Assembly (NCBI GenBank): GCA_043719295.1
Contig: JAYSUD010000001.1
Span: 28,943 to 92,942, forward strand
DNA: 64,000 nt
Direction: 5' to 3'
Source of the DNA: a bacterium
GTDB lineage: Bacteria; Patescibacteriota; Minisyncoccia; Phycocordibacterales; UBA918
Position 1 is the stretch's first letter, and every line of letters starts with the position of its first letter. Made by a program: the position numbers and the translations under genes. The notes under the pieces were generated by a model, which ran no database searches, was not told the DNA's origin, and saw only the letters and a program-made list of their open reading frames with translations. This document shows, in pieces, positions 48,818 to 58,811 of this stretch.

Positions 48818-48832
48818 AATAAAAGGGTATTT

Positions 48833-51800
48833 ATGAACCGACGGCTGTATAACACCGGTAGCTTTTTAGTTGCATATAAATTTCTCTCGATATTACTTAT
48901 CGTTTCTTTTTTCTTTGGAAATCTAGGAGCACTTTTTAATTTTAATACTGCAGAAAAAGCAGAAGCTGCACAGGTGACTATTGATTCAGCAGCTGATGTA
49001 ACGGGAGCTTCGCATATTCATGGTGCAAGTCAATCAGTTTTTATTTCAGATCAAGTTGGATATAAGTTTTATCGTGACGCCCCTGGGTATTGCGTATATA
49101 AAAAAACATCTGACGGAGGATCAACATGGAGTTCTACTACTACTGTAGATGCGCAAATTGACTGTGTAGGAATTTCTGTGTGGTATGACAGATGGACGCC
49201 TGGAGACACGGGTACGAATATTCATATCGTTACCATTGATACTGGTAACGATGATCCTTGGTATAACAGATTAGATACTAATGGTGACACACGTCTTCTT
49301 GGTTCCGCTCCTGTAAGTGCAATCCTTGGGCCACCCGCACAAGGTGCTAATACATTTACTGCGCTTTCAAACTATCCAGCAATTACCAAAGGAACGGATG
49401 GAACGGTGTACATTGCCGTTAGCGACAACGTCGATTCGTATATTGTTGAATGTTCCATTACCTGTCAAACTGCAGCGAATTGGACTGAAACAGGGCCTAC
49501 TGGTACTTTGCCTGCAACACCTGACTTTAACTTGTTGGTTCCACTTGCAAGTGGAAATATTATGCTTATCAATCGTTTGATTGCGTCTGAAGATATTCGA
49601 AGTAAAATTTGGAACAATACAGCGTGGTCGGGTACATGGACGGTAATAGAAGGCAATGGAACTGACAACACTACCTATCCAGTTGGCATGGCTGCAACAG
49701 TAAGCTCCACTACTCCTGGCAATGTGTATTTGGCGTATGTTGCGAGCAACGCAACACTTGGGACTGACGATCAAGTGCGAACACATCGCTATACCGGCGG
49801 TGCTTGGGCAACCACAACGAGCGTCTTAACAGGAACTACTCGTGGTTTAACAAACGTTGCTATCGCATTAGATGCATCAAATGACGATGTATATGTAGCA
49901 TATACTGGGAGGACTACAGCGACTGCGTCGTCAACAGGTAATGTGTATTGGAAAAAATCCTTAGATGACATGGCTACATGGAGTGTTGAATCGCCAGTTA
50001 TTAACACAACATCCAATGATATGTACGGTGTTGACTTAAATATCTCAAGTAATGAGCGGATACAAGCAACGTGGTTTGATAATGCACGAGATGATATTTA
50101 TACTGATACCATTGCTGATGTTTTTTCAGGTATTCATGCGACAACCACGGGTTCTCATACAGGAAGTGCAACTGCAAGTACTTCGAATTTTTATGTTGGT
50201 GGTGCATTTGTCTTATCTCAAAACTACAAAACACAAGATATAACGGACATTACAATTACTGAAAATGGAACAATTGATGGTGATGCTAATATTTCAAACA
50301 TCAAATTGTTTTATGAAATGGATACAACGTTGCCATACAATTGTGCAAGTGTGTCGTATGGGGGTGGCGAATCTCAGTTTGGATCAACTGATACCTCTGG
50401 TTTTTCTGGTCCAAACGGTGTGTCGACATTTTCGGGAACAACGGTGTCAGTTGGCACCACCTCAACAATGTGTGGGTATGTAGTACTCGATATTTTGAAC
50501 TCAACACCAAACGGTTCTACTATTGATCTTTCAATTAACAATCCTGCAACAGATGTCACTGTTACAAATGGAACTGCAGGTCCACCCACCGCACAAACAA
50601 TGACTGGCGCTACAACAGTTACTAACGACAACCTCACACAAATTCGGTATCACTGGCGTAATGATGATAATACTGAAGCTTTGGCAACATCTAAAACGGG
50701 GGGTACTGAAGGGATTTCTTTTAGTGGGTACCAACGTACTCCTGTTCGTTTACGTATGGAAGTTTCAAACGAAGGGGGTGCATCTTCACTTGCTACTCAG
50801 TACAGACTTGAATACAGTCTTGCAACTACAAGTTGTAACTTAGCTACAGGTTGGACAGACGTTGGTGCTTCAAACGGTGACTTTGATATGTCGCCAAGTG
50901 CAAATCTTACCGATGGAAACGATACAACAAATATTGCGGTAGCCCAAGGAGGGGTTACTAATGAAAATACCACTTTTTTAACTCCAAACGGTGGAGTTAA
51001 AGATACTTCTTCGCAAACAGGAAATATTACACTCAGTACTACACAATACGTTGAGCTTGAATACTCAATCATCGCTTCAACTACTGCAGCAGATGGAAAC
51101 ACGTACTGTATGCGGCTTACCAATGCAGGAACACCACTTGATACGTATTCAGTATATCCACAAGTTACTATTCAAGCCGATGTGAATCTTACAACACGTT
51201 TAACACAGACAGCAAACCTCAATGTGCCCTCAACAAACCAAAATGTCGGTGGACAATTTGTACTCACTGATGCAACGGGGTCCCACACTATTACCTCTAT
51301 CAAGCTCACGGAAAACGGAACGGTCAATGCACAAACAGGCTTAGACAATATTCGACTTAAATATGATTTTGATACAACCGCCCCGTATGACTGTGCGAGT
51401 GAATCGTATGGGGGGAGTGAAGCACAGTTTGGAGCAACAAGTACGGCTAGTTTTAGTGGGACTAACGGAACAACAACCTTTTCAGGATCGCTTGGAGTTA
51501 CTACTACTCAAACTGTGTGTATGTATACCGTGCTTGACGTAACAACTTCAGCATCAAACGGACAAACGGTGGAAGTGGAAATAAGTAACGCAACAACTGA
51601 CGCAACCCTTACGTCCGGAAGTTCTGCTCCTTCTAGTGCTCGAGCGCTCCCCGGAACTACAACACTTGTTGGTGCGGTGCTTACCCAGTCTCGCTATCAT
51701 TTTAGAGCCGACAACGGTACTGAAGCTGCTGCAACGTCACTTACAGGAGGGAATGAAAATACAGCATTAACAAATGTCTCACAGAACACTCCCGTTAGAA

Positions 51801-54800
51801 TCCGTATGGAAGTATCAAATGAAGGTACGATTACTTCACCGAATACAGCGCTCCGTCTGGAGTTTGGTACAAAAATTAGTACCTGTTCAGCTGTAGCTTC
51901 GTGGACAGACGTTGGTGCGACGTTAGGTGCCTTTGATATGTTTGCTTCAGCAAACCTAACAGAAGGAGGTAACACAACAAATATTGCTACAGGTATCGGT
52001 GGAGTTACAGACGATAATACTACGTTTAAAACTCCAAACGCCTCAGTTAAAGACACAAGTTCGCAAATAGCAACAACTACTTTTTTATCGACGAACTTTA
52101 TTGAAACGGAGTTTTCAGTTAAGCAAACAGCAAATGCTGCGTACGATACAACGTACTGTTTTAGACTTTCAAACGCGGGGACAGCATTGCAGGCCTACAC
52201 AGCCTATCCGGAGCTTACAACCTCTCCAGAACGTGATTTTGAAATACAGCGAGGTGTCGCTAACTTTAGTGCAACGTCAGTTACCTTAACTGCAGGAGTT
52301 GACTATATCGCGCCAAGTGCTTCAACTAGTGCGTTTGTTCGTATTACAAACTCACATTATACAGGCGCAGGTGATAGTTCAGCAGGTGGAAACTCTAATG
52401 CTGATGACGTAACTGCCTACATTTCAAACCCTTCTAACCTTGTTACTTCGTTTACCATAACAAGACCCGCAACAGCCATAGCTACTACTACACGTGTTGC
52501 CTGGGAAATTGTTGAATTTATTGGAACACCAGGCTCTGATAATGAAATGAAGGTACGTGGCAATGGAACAGTGACCTATACCACTACATCAATTACCGCA
52601 ACAGGAACTGCAGTAACGGGTATTGTTAATGATGCAGACGTCGTTGTGTTTATAACTGGACAAGATAATCCCGATATACTTACTACAGACTACAACACCG
52701 GACAGTCAGTATCACAGTGGCTTTCGGCTTCTGACCAGCCGTCATTTAGACGTGGAGAGGCTTCGGGGGATGCAAGTCGCATTAGTTATGCAGTTGTAGA
52801 ATTTACCGGAGTAAATTGGAAAGTACAACGAGCTTCACACACGTATACAGCAGCAGGTACAACGGAAACAGAGTCTATTACTGCAGTAAATAGTTTATCA
52901 AGAACTTTTATTCATTCTCAGAAACGCATGGGTACGGCGCTTCAAGGTGAAGATGAGTTTGGGCATGAGGTATGGCTTTCAAGTATTGGTGCTGTTTCTT
53001 TTTTCTTACAAGGGGGAGCAACATCACCAGCACTTCAAACTTCAGTTGCGTGGATTATTGAAAATACACAAACAAGCAATGGCGCAATGGTGGTGACACA
53101 AAAAAATAACTTTACAAACGGTGGAGCGGAGCCGCTGACGTTAAGTATGCCAATAGATATTACGCTTGACGATCTCACCAATACATCAATATTTGCAACA
53201 AACCGCGCTGTAGGTACAGGAACGTTGTTCCCTCGCCCAATTGCTGGATTTAGAATTGCATCAACAACACATTTTGAAATTTGGAGAAGTGATACGGGAA
53301 CTCAGATTGATTATCGTGTAGAGATTGTACAGTGGCCAACAGCTGGTTTGGCACTTCATCAAAACGACTACCGTTTTTATGTTGATAATAATGCACTTGA
53401 CCCAACTGACCCGTGGCCTTTAGGTGTTATTGATCTTGGTGAAAACACGGTATTAACAGGAAGTGACGAACCGCTAGGTGATGCAGAGCATATTCGTATT
53501 CGTATGTCGGCTACGGTCTTTAATGCAACATTGCCTGAAGATACTGTAAGTAACAAGTTACAATTTGGGGAGCGTATAACAACCTGTACTGCAATAGGTG
53601 AAATTAATTGGATTGATATTGGCAATGCTACATCAAGTGCAATTTGGCGAGGGTACAATGCTTCTGGTGTTGTAGATGGTACAACATTGTCAACAGATCC
53701 TCCTACAGGAGGTGAACTCAATATTACTGCGTCCGATATTGGGGGAACGTATGAGGAAACAAACAACTCTGCTGTAAACCCGTATACAGTAGAAGAAGGT
53801 GAAGACATTGAGTATGACTGGCACATTCAGCAAAATGGTGCAGATGCTGAAACTTTCTATTGTTTTAGAATGGTTGATAGTAGTGGTTCAGTATTTGGTG
53901 CATATGATGACTATCCGCAGTTACGGACCTCTTCATTTACCGCAAAAACACAAAACTGGCGTTGGTATAGTGATGCAAATAACGAAACCCCAACCCAAGC
54001 ATTAGCGATTGAAAATTCGGCACCTATTGATATTGGTAATGGAAGTACGACAAAATTGCGAGTAACGGTTAAAGAAACTGAAAACATCGCACGTGATGAT
54101 GTTCGTTTTAAATTGCAGTATTCAGAGTATGCCGATTTTTCAAACAATGTGTACGACGTTCTTGCAACAAGTACGTGTATTGCTTCGTCAACATGGTGTT
54201 ACTTTAATGGAGGAGGAAGTGATAATGCGGTTATAAGTACAAAGGTACTTTCTGATGCAGACGCGTGTGTTGCGGGAGTTGGTGATGGTTGTGGTACACA
54301 CAATGAAAGTTCACAGTTACTAACGGGATTTAGACACGAAAATAGCGCTGCTACTGAATACGAATTTACGCTTGAGGCAAAAGCTCTGCGAGCAAATGCG
54401 GTGTATTATTTTAGGTTGTATGACATAACCCAAGACATACCTGTTCTCATAAACACAGGTGAGTCGTATCCTTCACTTGTTGCTGTTGGTGCATCATTGG
54501 TTTTTGACGTTGCAGGGATTACTTCGGGAACCGTTATTGACTCATTTACCGTTGACGTAACTTCAACACCAACTGCGATTCCGTTTGGTACAGTTCCGTT
54601 TAATACTGATTTTGAGGCTGCATACAGACTTAATATAAACACAAATGCAACCCAAGGATATCAAGTGTTAATGTACGCTGATCAACAATTACTTAATTCA
54701 TATGGCACACAAATTCAACCAATAACTGCGACAAATGCAACTCCTGCGGGTTGGAATGATCTTACATTCGGTTGTTTACCCTCTTCTTTTGGTTGTTTTG

Positions 54801-55024
54801 GGTATCACGCAGAAGATGATTCATTAAGTGGAATAAATGGACCACGATTTGGAGCTGATGATACATTTGCACAACTTTCCACAACTACGCCACATGAAGT
54901 TATGTATAGCTCTATTCCTGTTAATGATACTCATGATATTCTATACAGATTAAAGGTGACCGAACAGCAGGCAGCGGGGGAGTATGAAACAACCATAACG
55001 TATATAGCTGTACCTGTGCATTAA
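48833..55024 (+). CDS. Large (2063 aa) secreted repeat protein with WxL-like C-terminal domain
   Basis: Signal ending AEA; N-terminal propeller-like region with Asp-box-like TSDGGSTW; internal duplicated domains; C-terminal IPFGT...NTNATQGY...QQAAGEYETTITYIAVPVH homologous to 3084/40737. Confidence 0.8.
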   Translation: MNRRLYNTGSFLVAYKFLSILLIVSFFFGNLGALFNFNTAEKAEAAQVTIDSAADVTGASHIHGASQSVFISDQVGYKFYRDAPGYCVYKKTSDGGSTWSSTTTVDAQIDCVGISVWYDRWTPGDTGTNIHIVTIDTGNDDPWYNRLDTNGDTRLLGSAPVSAILGPPAQGANTFTALSNYPAITKGTDGTVYIAVSDNVDSYIVECSITCQTAANWTETGPTGTLPATPDFNLLVPLASGNIMLINRLIASEDIRSKIWNNTAWSGTWTVIEGNGTDNTTYPVGMAATVSSTTPGNVYLAYVASNATLGTDDQVRTHRYTGGAWATTTSVLTGTTRGLTNVAIALDASNDDVYVAYTGRTTATASSTGNVYWKKSLDDMATWSVESPVINTTSNDMYGVDLNISSNERIQATWFDNARDDIYTDTIADVFSGIHATTTGSHTGSATASTSNFYVGGAFVLSQNYKTQDITDITITENGTIDGDANISNIKLFYEMDTTLPYNCASVSYGGGESQFGSTDTSGFSGPNGVSTFSGTTVSVGTTSTMCGYVVLDILNSTPNGSTIDLSINNPATDVTVTNGTAGPPTAQTMTGATTVTNDNLTQIRYHWRNDDNTEALATSKTGGTEGISFSGYQRTPVRLRMEVSNEGGASSLATQYRLEYSLATTSCNLATGWTDVGASNGDFDMSPSANLTDGNDTTNIAVAQGGVTNENTTFLTPNGGVKDTSSQTGNITLSTTQYVELEYSIIASTTAADGNTYCMRLTNAGTPLDTYSVYPQVTIQADVNLTTRLTQTANLNVPSTNQNVGGQFVLTDATGSHTITSIKLTENGTVNAQTGLDNIRLKYDFDTTAPYDCASESYGGSEAQFGATSTASFSGTNGTTTFSGSLGVTTTQTVCMYTVLDVTTSASNGQTVEVEISNATTDATLTSGSSAPSSARALPGTTTLVGAVLTQSRYHFRADNGTEAAATSLTGGNENTALTNVSQNTPVRIRMEVSNEGTITSPNTALRLEFGTKISTCSAVASWTDVGATLGAFDMFASANLTEGGNTTNIATGIGGVTDDNTTFKTPNASVKDTSSQIATTTFLSTNFIETEFSVKQTANAAYDTTYCFRLSNAGTALQAYTAYPELTTSPERDFEIQRGVANFSATSVTLTAGVDYIAPSASTSAFVRITNSHYTGAGDSSAGGNSNADDVTAYISNPSNLVTSFTITRPATAIATTTRVAWEIVEFIGTPGSDNEMKVRGNGTVTYTTTSITATGTAVTGIVNDADVVVFITGQDNPDILTTDYNTGQSVSQWLSASDQPSFRRGEASGDASRISYAVVEFTGVNWKVQRASHTYTAAGTTETESITAVNSLSRTFIHSQKRMGTALQGEDEFGHEVWLSSIGAVSFFLQGGATSPALQTSVAWIIENTQTSNGAMVVTQKNNFTNGGAEPLTLSMPIDITLDDLTNTSIFATNRAVGTGTLFPRPIAGFRIASTTHFEIWRSDTGTQIDYRVEIVQWPTAGLALHQNDYRFYVDNNALDPTDPWPLGVIDLGENTVLTGSDEPLGDAEHIRIRMSATVFNATLPEDTVSNKLQFGERITTCTAIGEINWIDIGNATSSAIWRGYNASGVVDGTTLSTDPPTGGELNITASDIGGTYEETNNSAVNPYTVEEGEDIEYDWHIQQNGADAETFYCFRMVDSSGSVFGAYDDYPQLRTSSFTAKTQNWRWYSDANNETPTQALAIENSAPIDIGNGSTTKLRVTVKETENIARDDVRFKLQYSEYADFSNNVYDVLATSTCIASSTWCYFNGGGSDNAVISTKVLSDADACVAGVGDGCGTHNESSQLLTGFRHENSAATEYEFTLEAKALRANAVYYFRLYDITQDIPVLINTGESYPSLVAVGASLVFDVAGITSGTVIDSFTVDVTSTPTAIPFGTVPFNTDFEAAYRLNINTNATQGYQVLMYADQQLLNSYGTQIQPITATNATPAGWNDLTFGCLPSSFGCFGYHAEDDSLSGINGPRFGADDTFAQLSTTTPHEVMYSSIPVNDTHDILYRLKVTEQQAAGEYETTITYIAVPVH

Positions 55025-55029
55025 ACTAT

Positions 55030-56049
55030 ATGAATAATTTTAAGTATTCTCTAAAAATCAAGATACAACTTTTTTTGTGTGTTGCATTTTTTCTTCCACA
55101 ACTTGCTTTTGCATCGGTGTACTCTGTTTCTCCGCTTGTTATTGATCATGAGCTAGAAAAACGAGACATTATCGAAGAAACTATAACCCTCACTAATAGA
55201 CAAGAAAGTGTTATCTCAATTTATCCTTCTGTAAATGAAGTGAATGTTAGTGATAAGGGAGCGATTGTAGGATTTGTTGAGCCGTCAATGGTCGAAAACA
55301 GAGGGACTGCCATTACTTCGTGGCTCGCCATCAGTCGTGCAAATATTGAACTACAACCTGGTGAAACAAAAGAAGTTACGTTAACCATTCGGGTGAATCC
55401 TGAAGTTGAACCAGGTGAGTATCATGCATTTATTGGGTTTGGAGAAGGTTCAAATCGCCCAGAAGCAGAAAAAAAGGTACAAGAAGGAACAGCCCCTGGT
55501 ACGGTTGTCCGCATTGGTGTAGATAAGGTTCAAAATGAATTTTTGCGTTTGGAAAAATTTTCAGTTGAACGGTTTATTAAAAATGAATCCGAAGGCGATA
55601 TTGTAATTAAGCTTGCTAACCCGGGAGAAAGTATGGTAATTCCAGGAGGTGAAGTTATTTTTTACGACACCAACGGTATTGAACTTGAATCAATACCACT
55701 TAACGAATCAAAAGTTTCGATTGAACCTGGAAAAAGTATTGAACTTACTCAAGAGGTGCCTGATGTGCTTCAAATGGGTAAGTATAAAGCTTTTTTATCG
55801 GTAGAATATGGAGAAACACAGAAAGCATCACTTAACGACACTGCTTTCTTTTACGTATTACCTTTTAAAAAATTGTTACTTATATTCGCAATTTTGCTTA
55901 TCTTTGCTATTGCGATAGCATTGTTTGTGCACAGAAGGTACGACAAAGAAGACGGACATGAAGATGGTGTAGCTGATGTTGCAATGTACGTCCGTTCAAG
56001 CCGTTCAGAAAGTAAGGATCATGATATCGATTTATCTAAGAATAAGTAA
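55030..56049 (+). CDS. DUF916/WxLIP-like membrane protein
   Basis: VSPLVID, ITLTN, W+.I....ELQPGE.K, PGEYHA, N.GE...P.G.+, GKYKA; C-terminal TM. Confidence 0.65.
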   Translation: MNNFKYSLKIKIQLFLCVAFFLPQLAFASVYSVSPLVIDHELEKRDIIEETITLTNRQESVISIYPSVNEVNVSDKGAIVGFVEPSMVENRGTAITSWLAISRANIELQPGETKEVTLTIRVNPEVEPGEYHAFIGFGEGSNRPEAEKKVQEGTAPGTVVRIGVDKVQNEFLRLEKFSVERFIKNESEGDIVIKLANPGESMVIPGGEVIFYDTNGIELESIPLNESKVSIEPGKSIELTQEVPDVLQMGKYKAFLSVEYGETQKASLNDTAFFYVLPFKKLLLIFAILLIFAIAIALFVHRRYDKEDGHEDGVADVAMYVRSSRSESKDHDIDLSKNK

Positions 56050-57682
56050 CTCAATATTGTACGGAGTCTTAATTGGACTTGCGACTGCTATTTTTTTAGT
56101 ACCTTCTCAAACACAAGCCCAGACACTCGATGGTTTGTCATTGAGTGTCACCCCAACTCTGTTTGAGATGTCTGTTGTGCCAAGTCAGGTGTGGAACAGT
56201 AATGTAAAAGTAATCAATAACAATAAATATCCGATAACGGTATATGCACAAGTAGTCAATTTTGCACCCCAAGGGGAACAAGGTGAAGGTAAGTTTATCC
56301 CTGTCTTAACAGAGGTGACCGAAGGGTCAACACTTGCAGAATGGATTAAGCTTTCAAATGAACCGTTTGTGATTGAACCTGAGAAAAGTGCTGTCATTCC
56401 ATTTGTTGTTACAGTTCCAGAAGGAGCAAGTCCGGGTGGTCACTTCGCTGCTATCATGGTTGGTACAAAACCACCGAAACTTGATGGCACTATTAAAGTA
56501 GCTACATCGCAGATTGTCACGTCTCTATTTTTTGTTCGTGTTGCAGGTGACGTTATTGAAGACGGACAGGTGCGAGAATTTAGAGTTACAAAATCAATTG
56601 TCGATACGCCTCGCGCTCTTTTTGAAGTTCGGTTTGAAAATAAAGGTAATGTACACGTGCAACCACAAGGAGAGATTGTTATCACAAACATGTGGGGTAA
56701 AGAACGAGGTATTATTCCTATAAATCATCAAACCCATTTTGGTAATGTGCTCCCTAACAGTATTCGCAAGTTTGAATTTAGTTGGGAAGGTGAGTATTCC
56801 TTTTCAGATATTGGTCGATACAAAGCTGACCTTACGCTCAGTTACGGAGATGGTGAAAAAAAGTTTGCAACCAGTCGAGCCTATTTTTATATTATACCGT
56901 TTAAAGCTGGTTTAATACTTTTGTCCTCGCTAGTTTTATTGGTGCTCTTTGTACGGTTCGCTATAAAGTCATACATTCGAAGAATGTTACTACTTGCAGG
57001 AATTGAGCCAGAAGTATACAAACAAAGAAATACTAAAAGTTATCAAAAAGAAGGTGACGTTCGCATTGTAAAACATGCATCAGTACGTGCTCCTGTTTTA
57101 CTTGGTGTATCTGATTTGAAGGAACATTTTAAAGGGAGAGTACAGCTTATTGATAAAGCCAAAGGGTTGGTGCAATTTGTTGTTTTGTACAAGACTTTCT
57201 TCCTTCTTGCATGTCTTGGGATTATCTCAATTGTCGCAGTGACGTTGTTCTTCTTGTCAGTGACAAAAAGCCAACGTGATTATGAAATTATTATAGATAA
57301 TGCAGATACGGATGTTACGCTTTCATCAGAACAAATTTTGTATAATAAAGATAAAGCAATCGCTAAACCAGAATCTGTTTTTGAGGAATCGAATAAAAAA
57401 GATCAATCCTTTAAGCTCATTTTGGTTAACTCAAGTGACACACCTGGGGCCGCTGCAATACTGCAAAAGACATTAGAGAGTAAAGGATATGTCATAGAGG
57501 ATCTCCAATCTGATTTTGAAAAGTCTAAAGAAAAGTCAGTAGTGGTCTACAGTACAGAACTTCAAGAACAAGCACTTGATCTGAGTAAGTACATTGGTGG
57601 AGCCCTGTTGTCTGCACGACCTGAAGGTGATACCGAGGTTCCTACCATAACTTTGTTTATAGGGAATGATTATGTGCAATAA
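56021..57682 (+). CDS. DUF916/WxLIP-like protein with two TMs and C-terminal LytR_C-like domain
   Basis: LSVTP, LAEWI, PGGHFAAI, FENKGNVH..P.G, IGRYKA; C-terminal ILVNSS..PGAA......L...GY...ITLFIGND. Confidence 0.7.
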   Translation: MISIYLRISNSILYGVLIGLATAIFLVPSQTQAQTLDGLSLSVTPTLFEMSVVPSQVWNSNVKVINNNKYPITVYAQVVNFAPQGEQGEGKFIPVLTEVTEGSTLAEWIKLSNEPFVIEPEKSAVIPFVVTVPEGASPGGHFAAIMVGTKPPKLDGTIKVATSQIVTSLFFVRVAGDVIEDGQVREFRVTKSIVDTPRALFEVRFENKGNVHVQPQGEIVITNMWGKERGIIPINHQTHFGNVLPNSIRKFEFSWEGEYSFSDIGRYKADLTLSYGDGEKKFATSRAYFYIIPFKAGLILLSSLVLLVLFVRFAIKSYIRRMLLLAGIEPEVYKQRNTKSYQKEGDVRIVKHASVRAPVLLGVSDLKEHFKGRVQLIDKAKGLVQFVVLYKTFFLLACLGIISIVAVTLFFLSVTKSQRDYEIIIDNADTDVTLSSEQILYNKDKAIAKPESVFEESNKKDQSFKLILVNSSDTPGAAAILQKTLESKGYVIEDLQSDFEKSKEKSVVVYSTELQEQALDLSKYIGGALLSARPEGDTEVPTITLFIGNDYVQ

Positions 57683-57725
57683 AAAATGGTATACTAAGAA
57701 ATAATCGATTTAAGAAACTATATCT

Positions 57726-58202
57726 ATGAATCAAAAAGCTGTTGCCGTTGCTATCTCACTTTTTTTGCTCATTGTTGCGGGCATGTTCACCTTTGCCTAT
57801 GTCAAAAAGCAGGAATTAAAAAATCAAGAACCAGCTCCACAAACCCAAACAGGTGATGTTAAATTTGCATCCATAACGAGAATTGACGCAAAACACTATT
57901 ATATTGATGGAGTTCATACGTACGTCGGAGAGATTGCTCTTCCAACCCCTTGTGATTTGCTTGAAACAAGTATGCTTGTTGCCGAATCATATCCAGAACA
58001 AATGCGGATTGATTTTAATGTCATTAACACTGCAGAAGTGTGTGCTCAAGTAGTAACTAACCAACGATTTAAAGTAGATGCAACCGCAAGTAGAGAAGCA
58101 ACCGTGAGTGCACTTTTCATGGGTAGAAATGTTGAACTCAACATCATTGAAGCACTTCCTGGAGAAAAACCTGAAGATTTCGAACTATTTATTAAAGGGT
58201 AG
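57726..58202 (+). CDS. Membrane-anchored hypothetical protein
   Basis: N-terminal TM; LPTPC...ESYPEQ...CAQV motif. Confidence 0.7.
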   Translation: MNQKAVAVAISLFLLIVAGMFTFAYVKKQELKNQEPAPQTQTGDVKFASITRIDAKHYYIDGVHTYVGEIALPTPCDLLETSMLVAESYPEQMRIDFNVINTAEVCAQVVTNQRFKVDATASREATVSALFMGRNVELNIIEALPGEKPEDFELFIKG

Positions 58203-58204
58203 GT

Positions 58205-58753
58205 ATGGCGAAAAATAATGTACTCACCATAGTAATACTTATTGTAATTCTTGCATCTGTAGGTCTGGTTACGTATTACTTTTTCACTGTTCCAAACGAC
58301 AAAGCAAATTCTGAAGCATCAAAAAACTTACAAAGCTCGGAAGATGCAGTGTATACGGATCTTGAAGGTATTCCTATTAGCTTTGAAGCATACGAAGGGA
58401 AGGTGCGCATTGTAAACTCATGGGCAAGTTGGACTCCATTTTCACAGGCCGAGTTACTTGATCTTGAATCACTTGCACAAGAGTATAAAGGTAAAGACAT
58501 TGCATTTTTAGCAATCAACCGTAAAGAACCAAAAGAACTTGCAAAACAGTATTTGAAAACAATCGGCGAGTTCAAAGAACTGACTTTTATTATCGACCTC
58601 ACTGACGCGTACTATCTCAAAACAGGAGGGTATGCGATGCCTGAGACACTTGTATATGACGCAAAAGGAGCAATTGTAATGCATAGACGCGGAGCAATGA
58701 CAAAAGATGAGATGCGACAGTATATTGAACAGGCAGTTGCACAATCGAGATAA
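58205..58753 (+). CDS. TlpA/ResA-like thioredoxin-fold membrane protein lacking CxxC
   Basis: YTDLEG..IS...YEGK..IVNSWASWTPFS..E...L, AINRKE, AMPET..YD..G. Confidence 0.8.
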   Translation: MAKNNVLTIVILIVILASVGLVTYYFFTVPNDKANSEASKNLQSSEDAVYTDLEGIPISFEAYEGKVRIVNSWASWTPFSQAELLDLESLAQEYKGKDIAFLAINRKEPKELAKQYLKTIGEFKELTFIIDLTDAYYLKTGGYAMPETLVYDAKGAIVMHRRGAMTKDEMRQYIEQAVAQSR

Positions 58754-58811
58754 GTATAAAATATGCACTCCTTCGCTATCAATATGGTATCTGGTCTGCT
58801 AGAATACAAAT

